The notes under the pieces are model-generated. The model had not been told where the DNA came from, ran no database searches, and saw only the letters and a list, made by a program, of their open reading frames with translations. 32,551 nucleotides of DNA from a virus: positions 1 to 32,551 of IMG/VR virus record IMGVR_UViG_3300004941_000002. The stretch is one strand, 5' to 3'. This document shows positions 1 through 7,488 of the stretch, in pieces; the first letter of the stretch is position 1, and the number at the start of each line of letters is the position of its first letter. Made by a program: the position numbers and the translations under genes.

Positions 1-91
1 TTTTGGTGGCATTGTTGCTAGAGGTTCATCGGTAATTCCTGCTGCAAACATAGTGGACATTTTAGATTGGCAAGACACTAATAAATACCCA
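1..91. repeat. Terminal direct repeat, copy 1 (identical to 32461..32551); circular-closure overlap
   Basis: Base-by-base comparison shows bases 1..91 match 32461..32551 exactly. The repeat lies inside a coding frame that reads through the junction. Confidence 0.95.
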
Positions 92-262
92 ACAGTCAGA
101 GTTTTGCAGGGTGCAACTAACTCGACTCAAAATTCTATCGGTTTAGTTTCGGGTTCTTGGAGAAACACCGCTACGATTACCTCGCTGACTTTGGCAGCAG
201 AGAGTGGCGATAGCTTCCGCATTGGTGGGCGTTTTTCTTTATACGGATTGAAGGCGGCATAA
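1..262 (+). CDS. 3' part of junction-spanning A-type tail-distal paralogue (A1); 5' part is 32117..32551
   Basis: The frame of ORF 53..262 is open from base 2 and is in phase with the ATG at 32117 once the 91-bp overlap is collapsed. The full product is 201 aa, the same length as paralogue A2 (1283..1888). It shares SMLAGNTA(F/Y)SPS, ASVTFS, Y(R/K)HLQIR and DILD..T.KY with A2. Confidence 0.85.
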   Translation, partial: FGGIVARGSSVIPAANIVDILDWQDTNKYPTVRVLQGATNSTQNSIGLVSGSWRNTATITSLTLAAESGDSFRIGGRFSLYGLKAA

Positions 263-750
263 TGGCAACGGGTACTTACACAGCTCTAGCTGAAACGACC
301 TTGACAAGCACGGCCTCAAGTGTAACTTTTTCTTCTATACCAACAACGGATGCCAACGGCAACTCTTTGCGGGATTTAGTATTGGTTACAAACATGTATG
401 CCAATCAGATAAACGAGGGCTTCGTAATTTTGAATGGTAGTTCCTCAGGCTTTACCGCTGTAAGGATGCTGGGTTATTCAAGTGGAGCAATTTCGGGAAC
501 CTATACAACCAACAACCTAGTGCCTACTCAAACATCTCCATCTGCCTACAAATTGCAATTTTTAGATTTTTCAGCAACCGATAAACATAAAATAATTCTT
601 ATGAATCATGGTAGGGCGGATGATGTTACAGCCAGTTATGCTGCTCGCTGGGCAAGCACATCAGCAATTACTTCTATCAAAATACAAACAACCAGCCCTT
701 ATGTATTTGTCGCTGGGGCCACATTTGCGTTATACGGGATTGCAGGGTAG
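262..750 (+). CDS. Tail-distal paralogue B1 (small beta-rich protein, function unknown; candidate receptor-binding or tip component)
   Basis: 162-aa ORF whose start overlaps the upstream stop (TAATG). It shares TL(T/S)STASSVTFSSIP and D(F/Y)SATDKHK with 1888..2370, and ends in the family motif GA.F.LYG. Confidence 0.85.
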   Translation: MATGTYTALAETTLTSTASSVTFSSIPTTDANGNSLRDLVLVTNMYANQINEGFVILNGSSSGFTAVRMLGYSSGAISGTYTTNNLVPTQTSPSAYKLQFLDFSATDKHKIILMNHGRADDVTASYAARWASTSAITSIKIQTTSPYVFVAGATFALYGIAG

Positions 751-752
751 CT

Positions 753-1283
753 ATGACACAGGCAATAACACCTATTGAACACATTGAATTGTCTTCAGCG
801 CAGGGAAGTATTCAATTTAGTTCAATCCCATCAGACTTCACCGACCTAATGATTTTGACTTCTTTACGAAGCGATAGGTCTGCCGTTGTAGACATTTTGG
901 AATTGCAACTAAATGGGGCAACAGCCAATAGGTCTAGTCGAAGCTTGCAGGGAGATGGCTCGGCTGCAACAAGCAGTAGCTATACATCAGGTCGTATTGC
1001 ATTGGATACGGCAGCAAGTGCGACTAGCAACATTTTCGGCAATGGACAGATTTACATTCCGAACTATGCGGGGTCGCTGCAAAAATCCGCTTTTGTCGAA
1101 TTGGTATCAGAAAATAATGCGACAAATGCCTACCAACAAATTTATTCGTTTAGGTGGGCAGACACCACAGCGGTAAATTCAGTTATTCTGATTCCAAATC
1201 TAGGAACTAATTGGGTGGCTGGAAGCTCAGCCACTTTGCTAGGCATCACAGCAGGCTCAGACGGAACAACGGCGGTGAGCTAA
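753..1283 (+). CDS. Tail-distal paralogue C1 (function unknown)
   Basis: 176-aa ORF. It shares FSSIP, GDG(S/A).A.S, IPNY..S..KS, ENNAT and the identical-type C-terminus GITAGSDGTTAVS with 2367..2912. Confidence 0.85.
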   Translation: MTQAITPIEHIELSSAQGSIQFSSIPSDFTDLMILTSLRSDRSAVVDILELQLNGATANRSSRSLQGDGSAATSSSYTSGRIALDTAASATSNIFGNGQIYIPNYAGSLQKSAFVELVSENNATNAYQQIYSFRWADTTAVNSVILIPNLGTNWVAGSSATLLGITAGSDGTTAVS

Positions 1284-1888
1284 TGGCAATCAAATCATTT
1301 ACTCGTAGCACGATAGAAAACAACATCTTCTACCGCTCTATGCTTGCAGGGAATACGGCATACTCACCCTCAACAGACGAGGATGTTCTTGCCGAGGAAA
1401 TCCTGACATCATCACAGGCTTCGGTCACCTTCTCAGGGCTTGACACTTTGGCTGCGGAATACAAGCACTTGCAGATTCGCTATACCTCTAGGATTGACGA
1501 AACAGTTGGGGGAGCTGGAACATTTTATGTCAATGTGAATAGCGATACAGGTTCAAATTATGCAAGACATTTTTTGCGTGGCAATGGTTCTACAGTCATA
1601 AGTGCCGCACTTACTAGCACTTCGACACCCGACATTGGTTATACGGCAGGTGCGGAAAGTGCCTCTGGCGTTTTTGGCGCAGGTGTAATTGACATACTGG
1701 ATGCTTTTGAGACTACAAAATACACAACGATGCGTAGCTCTAGTGGTTTAGCTTCGGGATACAAAGAAGTTTGGCTGGGTAGCGTTTTATGGATGAATAC
1801 AGCAGCTTTGACTTCTGTTAGTTTTGAAACATTTGGCGTTTGGAATTTTGTTTCTGGCTCAAGCTTTACCTTGATAGGAGTGAAATAA
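1283..1888 (+). CDS. Tail-distal paralogue A2 (function unknown)
   Basis: The ATG at 1283 overlaps the upstream TAA (TAATG), giving a 201-aa product. It aligns along its whole length with the junction-spanning A1. The track start at 1211 lies inside the upstream gene and is less likely. Confidence 0.85.
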   Translation: MAIKSFTRSTIENNIFYRSMLAGNTAYSPSTDEDVLAEEILTSSQASVTFSGLDTLAAEYKHLQIRYTSRIDETVGGAGTFYVNVNSDTGSNYARHFLRGNGSTVISAALTSTSTPDIGYTAGAESASGVFGAGVIDILDAFETTKYTTMRSSSGLASGYKEVWLGSVLWMNTAALTSVSFETFGVWNFVSGSSFTLIGVK

Positions 1889-2370
1889 TGGCAACTCCCG
1901 CATGGGTTCCGCTGGCTACGACAACGCTATCTAGCACAGCAAGCTCGGTCACTTTTTCTTCTATTCCTGCTGGGTATCGAGATTTGCGACTGATTATTTG
2001 GTTTAACAGCACAGTAAACGCTCAAGGAAGCATGAATTTCAATGGAGACGGCGGAAACAATTACAGCAGAGTTGCTATGTGGGGAACAGGCTCAACAGCG
2101 GGTTCAGGGACACAAACAGGCTCTAGCGTAAACATTGCCGCAGAAGCAACAATTACATCTACAAATGCAGCAATGTGCATTATTGACATAATGGATTATT
2201 CAGCAACTGATAAGCATAAGACAGGAATGGAAAGACTTACCGCTACAGCGGATGTAACATTAGCTCAGGCTTTCAGATGGGCTAATACTGCTGCAATAAA
2301 TAGCATTTCGCTTACAAGCCCTTTCGCCTCTGGTGCTACATTTAGCCTTTGGGGAAGGAACGCACTATGA
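1888..2370 (+). CDS. Tail-distal paralogue B2 (function unknown)
   Basis: The ATG at 1888 overlaps the upstream TAA, giving 160 aa. Motifs are TLSSTASSVTFSSIPAGYRDL, NFNGDGGNNY and DYSATDKHK. It pairs with B1. Confidence 0.85.
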   Translation: MATPAWVPLATTTLSSTASSVTFSSIPAGYRDLRLIIWFNSTVNAQGSMNFNGDGGNNYSRVAMWGTGSTAGSGTQTGSSVNIAAEATITSTNAAMCIIDIMDYSATDKHKTGMERLTATADVTLAQAFRWANTAAINSISLTSPFASGATFSLWGRNAL

Positions 2371-2912
2371 AAAAGACCCTAATAGAGCGTGTAGATGTTG
2401 GGGCTGGTGGGGCTGCAAGCATTACCTTTAGCTCGATACCGCAGACTTATGACGGGTTGTATTTACTCGTATCTGCTCGAATTTCAAGGGCTGGCAGCAC
2501 CTCTACAATTTTGGCTTTGCGATTCAATGGAGACACGGGCACAAATTATGCTTGGAGATTACTAAATGGTGACGGAGCTTCGGCAGCTTCTTATAGCTCT
2601 AGTTCTACAAGTTTAGCCTCAGCTGGGTATGCGAGTGGTCCCTCGGCAACTGCCAGCACCTTTTCTAATCACGGTATTCTTATCCCTAATTACACAAGTA
2701 GTTCTGCCAAGAGTATTTCTACGGATAGCGTGACGGAAAATAACGCTACGACTGTGACACTAAATCTCTCAGCTAGTTCGTGGTCTGGCACAGCTGCAAT
2801 AAGCAGTTTGACACTAGCTGAGCTAAGTGGCCCGAGCGACTTTGTGCAATACTCGTCAGCGAGTCTTTACGGCATCACCGCTGGTTCAGACGGCACAACA
2901 ACAGTAAGCTAA
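2367..2912 (+). CDS. Tail-distal paralogue C2 (function unknown)
   Basis: The ATG at 2367 overlaps the upstream TGA (ATGA), giving 181 aa. Motifs are SITFSSIPQTY, RFNGDTGTNY, IPNYTSSSAKS and ENNAT, with the C-terminus GITAGSDGTTTVS. It pairs with C1. Confidence 0.85.
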   Translation: MKKTLIERVDVGAGGAASITFSSIPQTYDGLYLLVSARISRAGSTSTILALRFNGDTGTNYAWRLLNGDGASAASYSSSSTSLASAGYASGPSATASTFSNHGILIPNYTSSSAKSISTDSVTENNATTVTLNLSASSWSGTAAISSLTLAELSGPSDFVQYSSASLYGITAGSDGTTTVS

Positions 2913-2932
2913 AATAGACATAGGAGATAAAC

Positions 2933-3172
2933 ATGGCAACTGCAAAACCAACCAAGCTGATTGTGGACTGCTCAACAGGTGAGCGCACAGTCGTAGAGCT
3001 GACCGCTGCTGAAATCGCAGAGCGTGAGGCAATGGCAGCCGAGGCTGAGGCACAGCGACAGGCTGAGGAAGAAGCTGCTGCTGCACTTCAGGCACTCAAG
3101 GATTCCGCTAAGGCAAAACTGATTGCTGGCGAGCCTCTGACGGCTGAAGAAGCAGACACACTCGTACTGTAA
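2933..3172 (+). CDS. Small Ala/Glu-rich protein between the fibre genes and the lysis cassette (function unknown)
   Basis: 79-aa ORF with an AGGAGA Shine-Dalgarno sequence upstream. It has a helical AEAEAQRQAEEEAAAA segment. Its position and composition recall the small XkdW-type proteins found after tail fibre genes, but this is recollection only. Confidence 0.6.
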   Translation: MATAKPTKLIVDCSTGERTVVELTAAEIAEREAMAAEAEAQRQAEEEAAAALQALKDSAKAKLIAGEPLTAEEADTLVL

Positions 3173-3219
3173 AATAGTCGTAAACCTACACCACTTTTGA
3201 AACTATTGGAGCGTGTGTA

Positions 3220-3456
3220 GTGAGCGATGATGACATGACCCCTAAATGGGCAGTCGAACTAATGATTCGGTTTGAGCGACTCGAAGCTCGCATTGCAACC
3301 AACGACGAGAGGCATCACTCACACGCTGAGTGGGCAACACGCAACATAAAAGACCATGAGATTCGTCTGCGTGCTATCGAGAAGAAGCTTTGGGGAGCTG
3401 TCGGTGCAGCAGGAATCATCGCAACGATAATCACTATGGTAGGTAGGGCTGTCTGA
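3220..3456 (+). CDS. XhlA-like lysis-associated membrane protein (coiled-coil N-terminus, single C-terminal TM)
   Basis: GTG start, 78 aa. A helical RFERLEARI...EIRLRAIEKKLW segment is followed by the hydrophobic stretch GAVGAAGIIATIITMVG. The gene sits immediately upstream of the endolysin and overlaps its start. Confidence 0.55.
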   Translation: MSDDDMTPKWAVELMIRFERLEARIATNDERHHSHAEWATRNIKDHEIRLRAIEKKLWGAVGAAGIIATIITMVGRAV

Positions 3457-4013
3457 TGTCTAAGCGAGTCTCCGACTGGCGACTACCTTACCCAGACAAA
3501 TACATCACGGGTCACTACGGCACGCTCTCAGACTTCCGTAGGGCACGAGGTATGCAACCACACTCGGGAACCGATTGGGCCAGACCTCGAGGCACACGCA
3601 TCCCTGCAATCGCTAAGGGGACCATCCGCCTTATTCAATACTCAAAGGTTCTCGGCTGGGTTGTCGTGCAATCTGCGATGGACAAAGACGGCAAGGTTTG
3701 GTATCTCGGATACTGCCACATGGACGAGCGACCTGGCTACAAGGTCGGCGACAAGCTAGCCAAAGGTCAGACCGTCGGCAAGATAGGCAACACAGGCGTA
3801 TCCTCAGGCCCTCACCTACACGCAACGGCATCGAAAACGCTGAAGGGAGTATTCGCTGAGACCTCAAGAAAAGTCGACCTCTACAAACTCATTCTGGAAA
3901 ACACCAAAGGGCCAGAGACAGAACAAGCGGACACGAAAGTCGAAAAGGTGGTGGAGCAGGTCGAGAGTAAAATAGTTTACGCCTGCCCTCACTGCAAGAA
4001 GGAATTATGTTGA
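3456..4013 (+). CDS. M23-family metallopeptidase endolysin
   Basis: HxxxD motif (HSGTD) and HxH motif (GPHLHAT) with GNTG just upstream. The gene is flanked by two small membrane-protein genes. Confidence 0.85.
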   Translation: MSKRVSDWRLPYPDKYITGHYGTLSDFRRARGMQPHSGTDWARPRGTRIPAIAKGTIRLIQYSKVLGWVVVQSAMDKDGKVWYLGYCHMDERPGYKVGDKLAKGQTVGKIGNTGVSSGPHLHATASKTLKGVFAETSRKVDLYKLILENTKGPETEQADTKVEKVVEQVESKIVYACPHCKKELC

Positions 4014-4360
4014 AAGAGTATCTAAAGCAATTCGGACTAAGGTCTCTTGGTCTTGCGATGGCTACTGCCTTTGGTGGCACGGCTATCGGTGCAGTTGCAG
4101 GTGACTGGCTGATGGGAACCATCATCGGTGTTGGCTCTGCCTTTGCCGTAGTGTTCACGACCCTAGGTGTGTCACTTGCTTGGAAGGGCGGGCTGGCAAT
4201 CAAGGACATCGAGAACGCCTACCGAGCTGCTGTTGCTAAGTCAGACTCCGAGGCGGTTCAGGATGCTCTTGAGGTCAATCAGGACGGCGACTTTGACTGG
4301 GACGACCTACCGAACGATTACGACCCAGACCTCGCAGACGACTCCTCTCCTTCGGCGTAA
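4007..4360 (+). CDS. Holin-like membrane protein (two predicted TM segments, acidic C-terminal tail)
   Basis: Hydrophobic stretches LGLAMATAFGGTAIGAVAG and GTIIGVGSAFAVVFTTLGVSLAW. The start overlaps the endolysin stop, and the C-terminus is Asp-rich. Confidence 0.6.
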   Translation: MLKEYLKQFGLRSLGLAMATAFGGTAIGAVAGDWLMGTIIGVGSAFAVVFTTLGVSLAWKGGLAIKDIENAYRAAVAKSDSEAVQDALEVNQDGDFDWDDLPNDYDPDLADDSSPSA

Positions 4361-4589
4361 GTCCACCCCAAATACCGTCTGTCTGATTCGTCTCCATAGC
4401 GAATGTCAGGCACTCTGTCTGCACAGGACATTGACTGCAAAACTTCTTTGCCACTCTAGCCTCACCTAAGCCACCGCCCGTTTCAGGGAACCATAGCTCG
4501 GGGTCAGTCTCCATACATACAGGATTTTGTCCCGACTTTTTTATTGCCTTCATTAGTTTCAGATAGTTGCGAGCGTCGTGCATACGCAC
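4275..4589 (-). CDS. whiB: WhiB-family Fe-S transcription factor (copy 1)
   Basis: Cys pattern C...CSQCPVQTEC followed by GIWGG and a basic tail (RLRGLGRNR). GTG start at 4589, or ATG at 4583. The 3' end overlaps the convergent gene 4007..4360 by 86 nt. Confidence 0.85.
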   Translation of the reverse strand: MRMHDARNYLKLMKAIKKSGQNPVCMETDPELWFPETGGGLGEARVAKKFCSQCPVQTECLTFAMETNQTDGIWGGLTPKERSRLRGLGRNRSVGRPSQSRRPD

Positions 4590-4619
4590 AATCTAAGGAT
4601 TGCTAATCAGCTTGTCAAA

Positions 4620-4880
4620 TTAGCGTTCGTCGGGTGAGGTTGCTCCCCAGATTCCGTAGCGTTGATTCGTCTCAAGGGCGTATGTAAAACACTCCGTGAC
4701 CATCTGACAGGACTTGCAGATTTTCTTTGCTGCCTTCGTTGCAAGCTGTCGTTTCTCAGGGTCGGGATAGTCCTCAGGGAAGAACAAGTCGGGGACCCTT
4801 TGGCACTCGGGGTCAACTTCGTTCGTCAATTTCAGGAAGGCCAAGTACTTTGAACTTGAAAGATGTCTGTGCCTAGCCAT
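4620..4880 (-). CDS. whiB: WhiB-family Fe-S transcription factor (copy 2)
   Basis: Cys pattern C...CKSCQMVTEC followed by GIWGA, 86 aa. It lies upstream of, and on the same strand as, copy 1, with a 30-nt gap. Confidence 0.85.
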   Translation of the reverse strand: MARHRHLSSSKYLAFLKLTNEVDPECQRVPDLFFPEDYPDPEKRQLATKAAKKICKSCQMVTECFTYALETNQRYGIWGATSPDER

Positions 4881-4909
4881 ACACTAAGGCTAACTAACAA
4901 GGAGGAGAA

Positions 4910-5782
4910 ATGAAAACTCACGCACCGCAAACATTCAACAAGGCGGAACTGGTCGGAGTCTTTGAAAATGGCACTTCAGAGTGGCACGAGGCACGCACAG
5001 ACGGCTTAGGAGGCTCTGAGATAGGTGTTGCTATGGGATTGAGTCCCTTTCAGTCTCCGTTCCATCTGTGGGCTGTCAAGACAGGACAGATAATCCCCGA
5101 ACCGTTGAACAATTGGGCAGTGCGATTCGGACAAAAGTTTGAGCAACCTATTCTTGAGTTGCTGCAAGAAGAACACCCCGACTGGGAGTTATACACGACG
5201 GGAACTTACCGTCACCCCGAACACAAGTTCTTGCAGGCTAACCCCGACGCATTGGCTAAGGTCGATGGCGAGTGGGTAATCGTCGAGGTCAAGACCTCAC
5301 GCAACTACTGGCACGAGATTCCTGCGACATATATTGCTCAGGTGCGTCACTACATGGCGGTTATGAATGTCAACCGTGCCGTCATTGTCGGTGTGGTAAA
5401 CATGGCTTGGGTAGAACACTGGGTTGAGCGAGATGAGTTTGAGGAGCAAGTCCTAATTGACCAAGCGACTCGCTTCTGGAAGTATGTTATCGACGGCACG
5501 CAGCCAGACTGGGACGGCTCGGAGTCAACCTATGAGGCGGTGCGAACAATGCACCCAGACATCGAGGACGAGGAGGTCGAGATTGACGGGCTACACTATC
5601 TGGCTAATCTGCAAAGCCGTTATGACGAAGCTGAGAGAGAACTCAGGAAAGCGAAGTCAGAAGTCTTGAACGCAATGGGCAAGGCAAAGCACGCTTACAT
5701 ACAAGTCAACGGCGAGAAGATTCGAGTTGCCACCAGAGAAGCTCGAGGTAGCAATCGTCCCTTCCTAAAGGTGGTTAGATGA
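4910..5782 (+). CDS. YqaJ-type (lambda-Exo-like, PD-(D/E)XK) recombination exonuclease
   Basis: GGSEIGVAMGLSPFQSPFHLW N-terminal motif and NPDAL...VIVEVKTS catalytic-type motif. Strong AAGGAGGAG Shine-Dalgarno sequence. Confidence 0.8.
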   Translation: MKTHAPQTFNKAELVGVFENGTSEWHEARTDGLGGSEIGVAMGLSPFQSPFHLWAVKTGQIIPEPLNNWAVRFGQKFEQPILELLQEEHPDWELYTTGTYRHPEHKFLQANPDALAKVDGEWVIVEVKTSRNYWHEIPATYIAQVRHYMAVMNVNRAVIVGVVNMAWVEHWVERDEFEEQVLIDQATRFWKYVIDGTQPDWDGSESTYEAVRTMHPDIEDEEVEIDGLHYLANLQSRYDEAERELRKAKSEVLNAMGKAKHAYIQVNGEKIRVATREARGSNRPFLKVVR

Positions 5783-5979
5783 TGCAAGTATTTCTAGGCG
5801 ACGAGGTGACACTTATTAGAGGTGGCACAAGCGTCAGCGGACAGGTTTCAGGAATTATCCTGAATGAAAAGCGTGAGCTAGAACGACTCTATGTTCACGG
5901 TATCGAGCAAGCTTTTTGGTTCGACAAAGGCTGGTCGATTATTGACTACGACGAGGAGGAAAATGATGGCGAGGTTTGA
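5779..5979 (+). CDS. Hypothetical protein (66 aa)
   Basis: ATGA overlap with the upstream stop, consistent with translational coupling. No motif recognised. Confidence 0.55.
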   Translation: MMQVFLGDEVTLIRGGTSVSGQVSGIILNEKRELERLYVHGIEQAFWFDKGWSIIDYDEEENDGEV

Positions 5980-6538
5980 CCTCAACGCATACGCAACAGT
6001 AGGAGAGCGGTTGGCTCAGTTCCACCAGGACTACCCAGATGGACGAATCGTAACCAAATGGACAAACAATTTCTGGGTGGAAAAGGATGGCAAGCAGAAC
6101 TGGGTAGTGAAGGCAACCATCTACCTATCGGCAGGGGACCAAGCTAACAAGCTGCCAAAGGCCACAGGCTATGCCAATGAGATTGACGGCTCAGGAGGGG
6201 CGAATAATGTTGCTGCCTTGCCTAATGCAGAGACTTCGGCAATCGGGCGTGCTCTGATGGTGATGGGGTATTCGATGAACAAAGACCCTAAGACTTTGGC
6301 TAGTCGGCAAGAAATGGAAAAGGTACAAAAGTCAGAGCGAGACTTCGTTGCTGAGGCAGGTAAACTTACAGATGTTGAGGGACTCAGGTTTCTCTACGCT
6401 CAAGCTAAGGCAGCAGGCGCACCTGCGGATGTCTTAGAGAAGGTGAAGGCTCGTGGCGAAACACTCAGTTCTGATAGCAAAGATAGCGGAGCTGGAACAG
6501 GCGTATCTAGTGGCCCTAAGGGAGGGGCAAAGAAATGA
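5963..6538 (+). CDS. Putative single-strand annealing protein (Rad52/Sak-like), partner of the YqaJ exonuclease
   Basis: ATG at 5963 preceded by GAGGAGGA. The N-terminal region, with AETSAIGRALMVMGY, resembles the conserved helix of Rad52-type annealases, and the position next to an exonuclease gene fits. This is a motif-level call only. Confidence 0.45.
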   Translation: MMARFDLNAYATVGERLAQFHQDYPDGRIVTKWTNNFWVEKDGKQNWVVKATIYLSAGDQANKLPKATGYANEIDGSGGANNVAALPNAETSAIGRALMVMGYSMNKDPKTLASRQEMEKVQKSERDFVAEAGKLTDVEGLRFLYAQAKAAGAPADVLEKVKARGETLSSDSKDSGAGTGVSSGPKGGAKK

Positions 6539-6585
6539 TGCCCACTTCTGGAACCGTGAGCTTATACATCACTTGTTGGTGCTAA

Positions 6586-6912
6586 GTGACTCCATTAGAG
6601 ATTCAGAAGCTCCTAGCCGAACTGACGGCGGAGAATAGCAAGGGCGTTCAGGCACTCTACGAGGCCGAAGTTGCACTAGCTGAAGCAGAACACGCACTCG
6701 ATAATGTCGAGGCTAAGGCGTTTATCAAACACCAGGGAACCGTAGCTGACCGAACTGCGTTAGCACGGCTTGAGGCAGCTGACAATCGTTTACAACGGGA
6801 TTTGAGGAAGGCCGAGGCTAATCGTATTCGGATGAAAATCAAAAGCCTTGAGACGGCGATTATGGCTGCACAGACGCAGGCTAAACTATTGCAATCTGAA
6901 CTCAAGATTTAG
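6586..6912 (+). CDS. Coiled-coil protein (function unknown)
   Basis: The GTG is the first codon after an in-frame stop. The 108-aa product is predicted helical throughout (AEVALAEAEHALDNVEAKA...). Confidence 0.55.
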   Translation: MTPLEIQKLLAELTAENSKGVQALYEAEVALAEAEHALDNVEAKAFIKHQGTVADRTALARLEAADNRLQRDLRKAEANRIRMKIKSLETAIMAAQTQAKLLQSELKI

Positions 6913-6919
6913 GAGCAGC

Positions 6920-7264
6920 ATGGCGGTCACTCGCAAGATGTCACTACAACTGCGAGAGCGTGACCCCTATTGTGTTCACTGCGGGGCTGATGATGTCTTG
7001 CAAGTCCACCATCGACGCAATCGTGGCATGGGTGGCTCCAAGACTCTTGACCGTTACGACAACCTCATCAGGATTTGTGCGTGGCTCAACTATGCGATGG
7101 AGCAGAACGCAGAAGTCGCAGCCGAGGCTCGTGAGATGGGTTGGAAGCTAGGCCAATGGGACGGGTTCGACACACCAGTATTTGACAAACCAATGAAGAA
7201 GTGGTTTATTCTTACGCAAGATGGGCGGAAGGTCGAGTCAACTCCTCCGATGTATCTCATCTAA
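6920..7264 (+). CDS. HNH endonuclease (copy 1)
   Basis: CVHCG...LQVHHRRNRGMGG...N motif. ATG at 6920 with a GGAG Shine-Dalgarno sequence. The track start at 6848 overlaps the upstream gene. Confidence 0.75.
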   Translation: MAVTRKMSLQLRERDPYCVHCGADDVLQVHHRRNRGMGGSKTLDRYDNLIRICAWLNYAMEQNAEVAAEAREMGWKLGQWDGFDTPVFDKPMKKWFILTQDGRKVESTPPMYLI

Positions 7265-7275
7265 CAAGGAGGATA

Positions 7276-7488
7276 ATGAAAGACCCAGAACTCGTGGCCT
7301 GGTCCATGAGACAAGAAGCGTTGGCAAAACCCGAGAAGCCTGAACCCCTCATTGTCTATGAGCAGGTCTATACTCCAAGCGAAGAACAGAAGAAGCTGTA
7401 TTTCAACGCAGGCCGTTGGGCAGGCGGGTCAAGAGACTGGACAGCTCGCAAGGCATACGAAGAACTTTTTAGGAAGGAGGGCATTTGA
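7276..7488 (+). CDS. Hypothetical protein (70 aa)
   Basis: ATG at 7276 preceded by AAGGAGGA. No motif recognised. Confidence 0.6.
   Translation: MKDPELVAWSMRQEALAKPEKPEPLIVYEQVYTPSEEQKKLYFNAGRWAGGSRDWTARKAYEELFRKEGI

Noticed and set aside
1-91. Biological direct terminal repeat (DTR) marking physical genome ends
   Set aside because: The repeat sits in the middle of a conserved coding frame whose product matches a full-length paralogue only when the ends are joined. An assembly circularisation overlap is the simpler explanation. This cannot be fully excluded without reads.
1-2912. Diversity-generating retroelement or shufflon acting on the paralogue array
   Set aside because: There is no reverse transcriptase, no template/variable repeat pair with adenine-specific differences, no invertase or recombinase gene, and no inverted repeats flanking the cassettes.
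6453-6638. 61-aa + strand ORF bridging 5963..6538 and 6586..6912
   Set aside because: It is out of frame with and largely overlaps the C-terminus of the annealing-protein candidate. It has no Shine-Dalgarno sequence and low-complexity translation.
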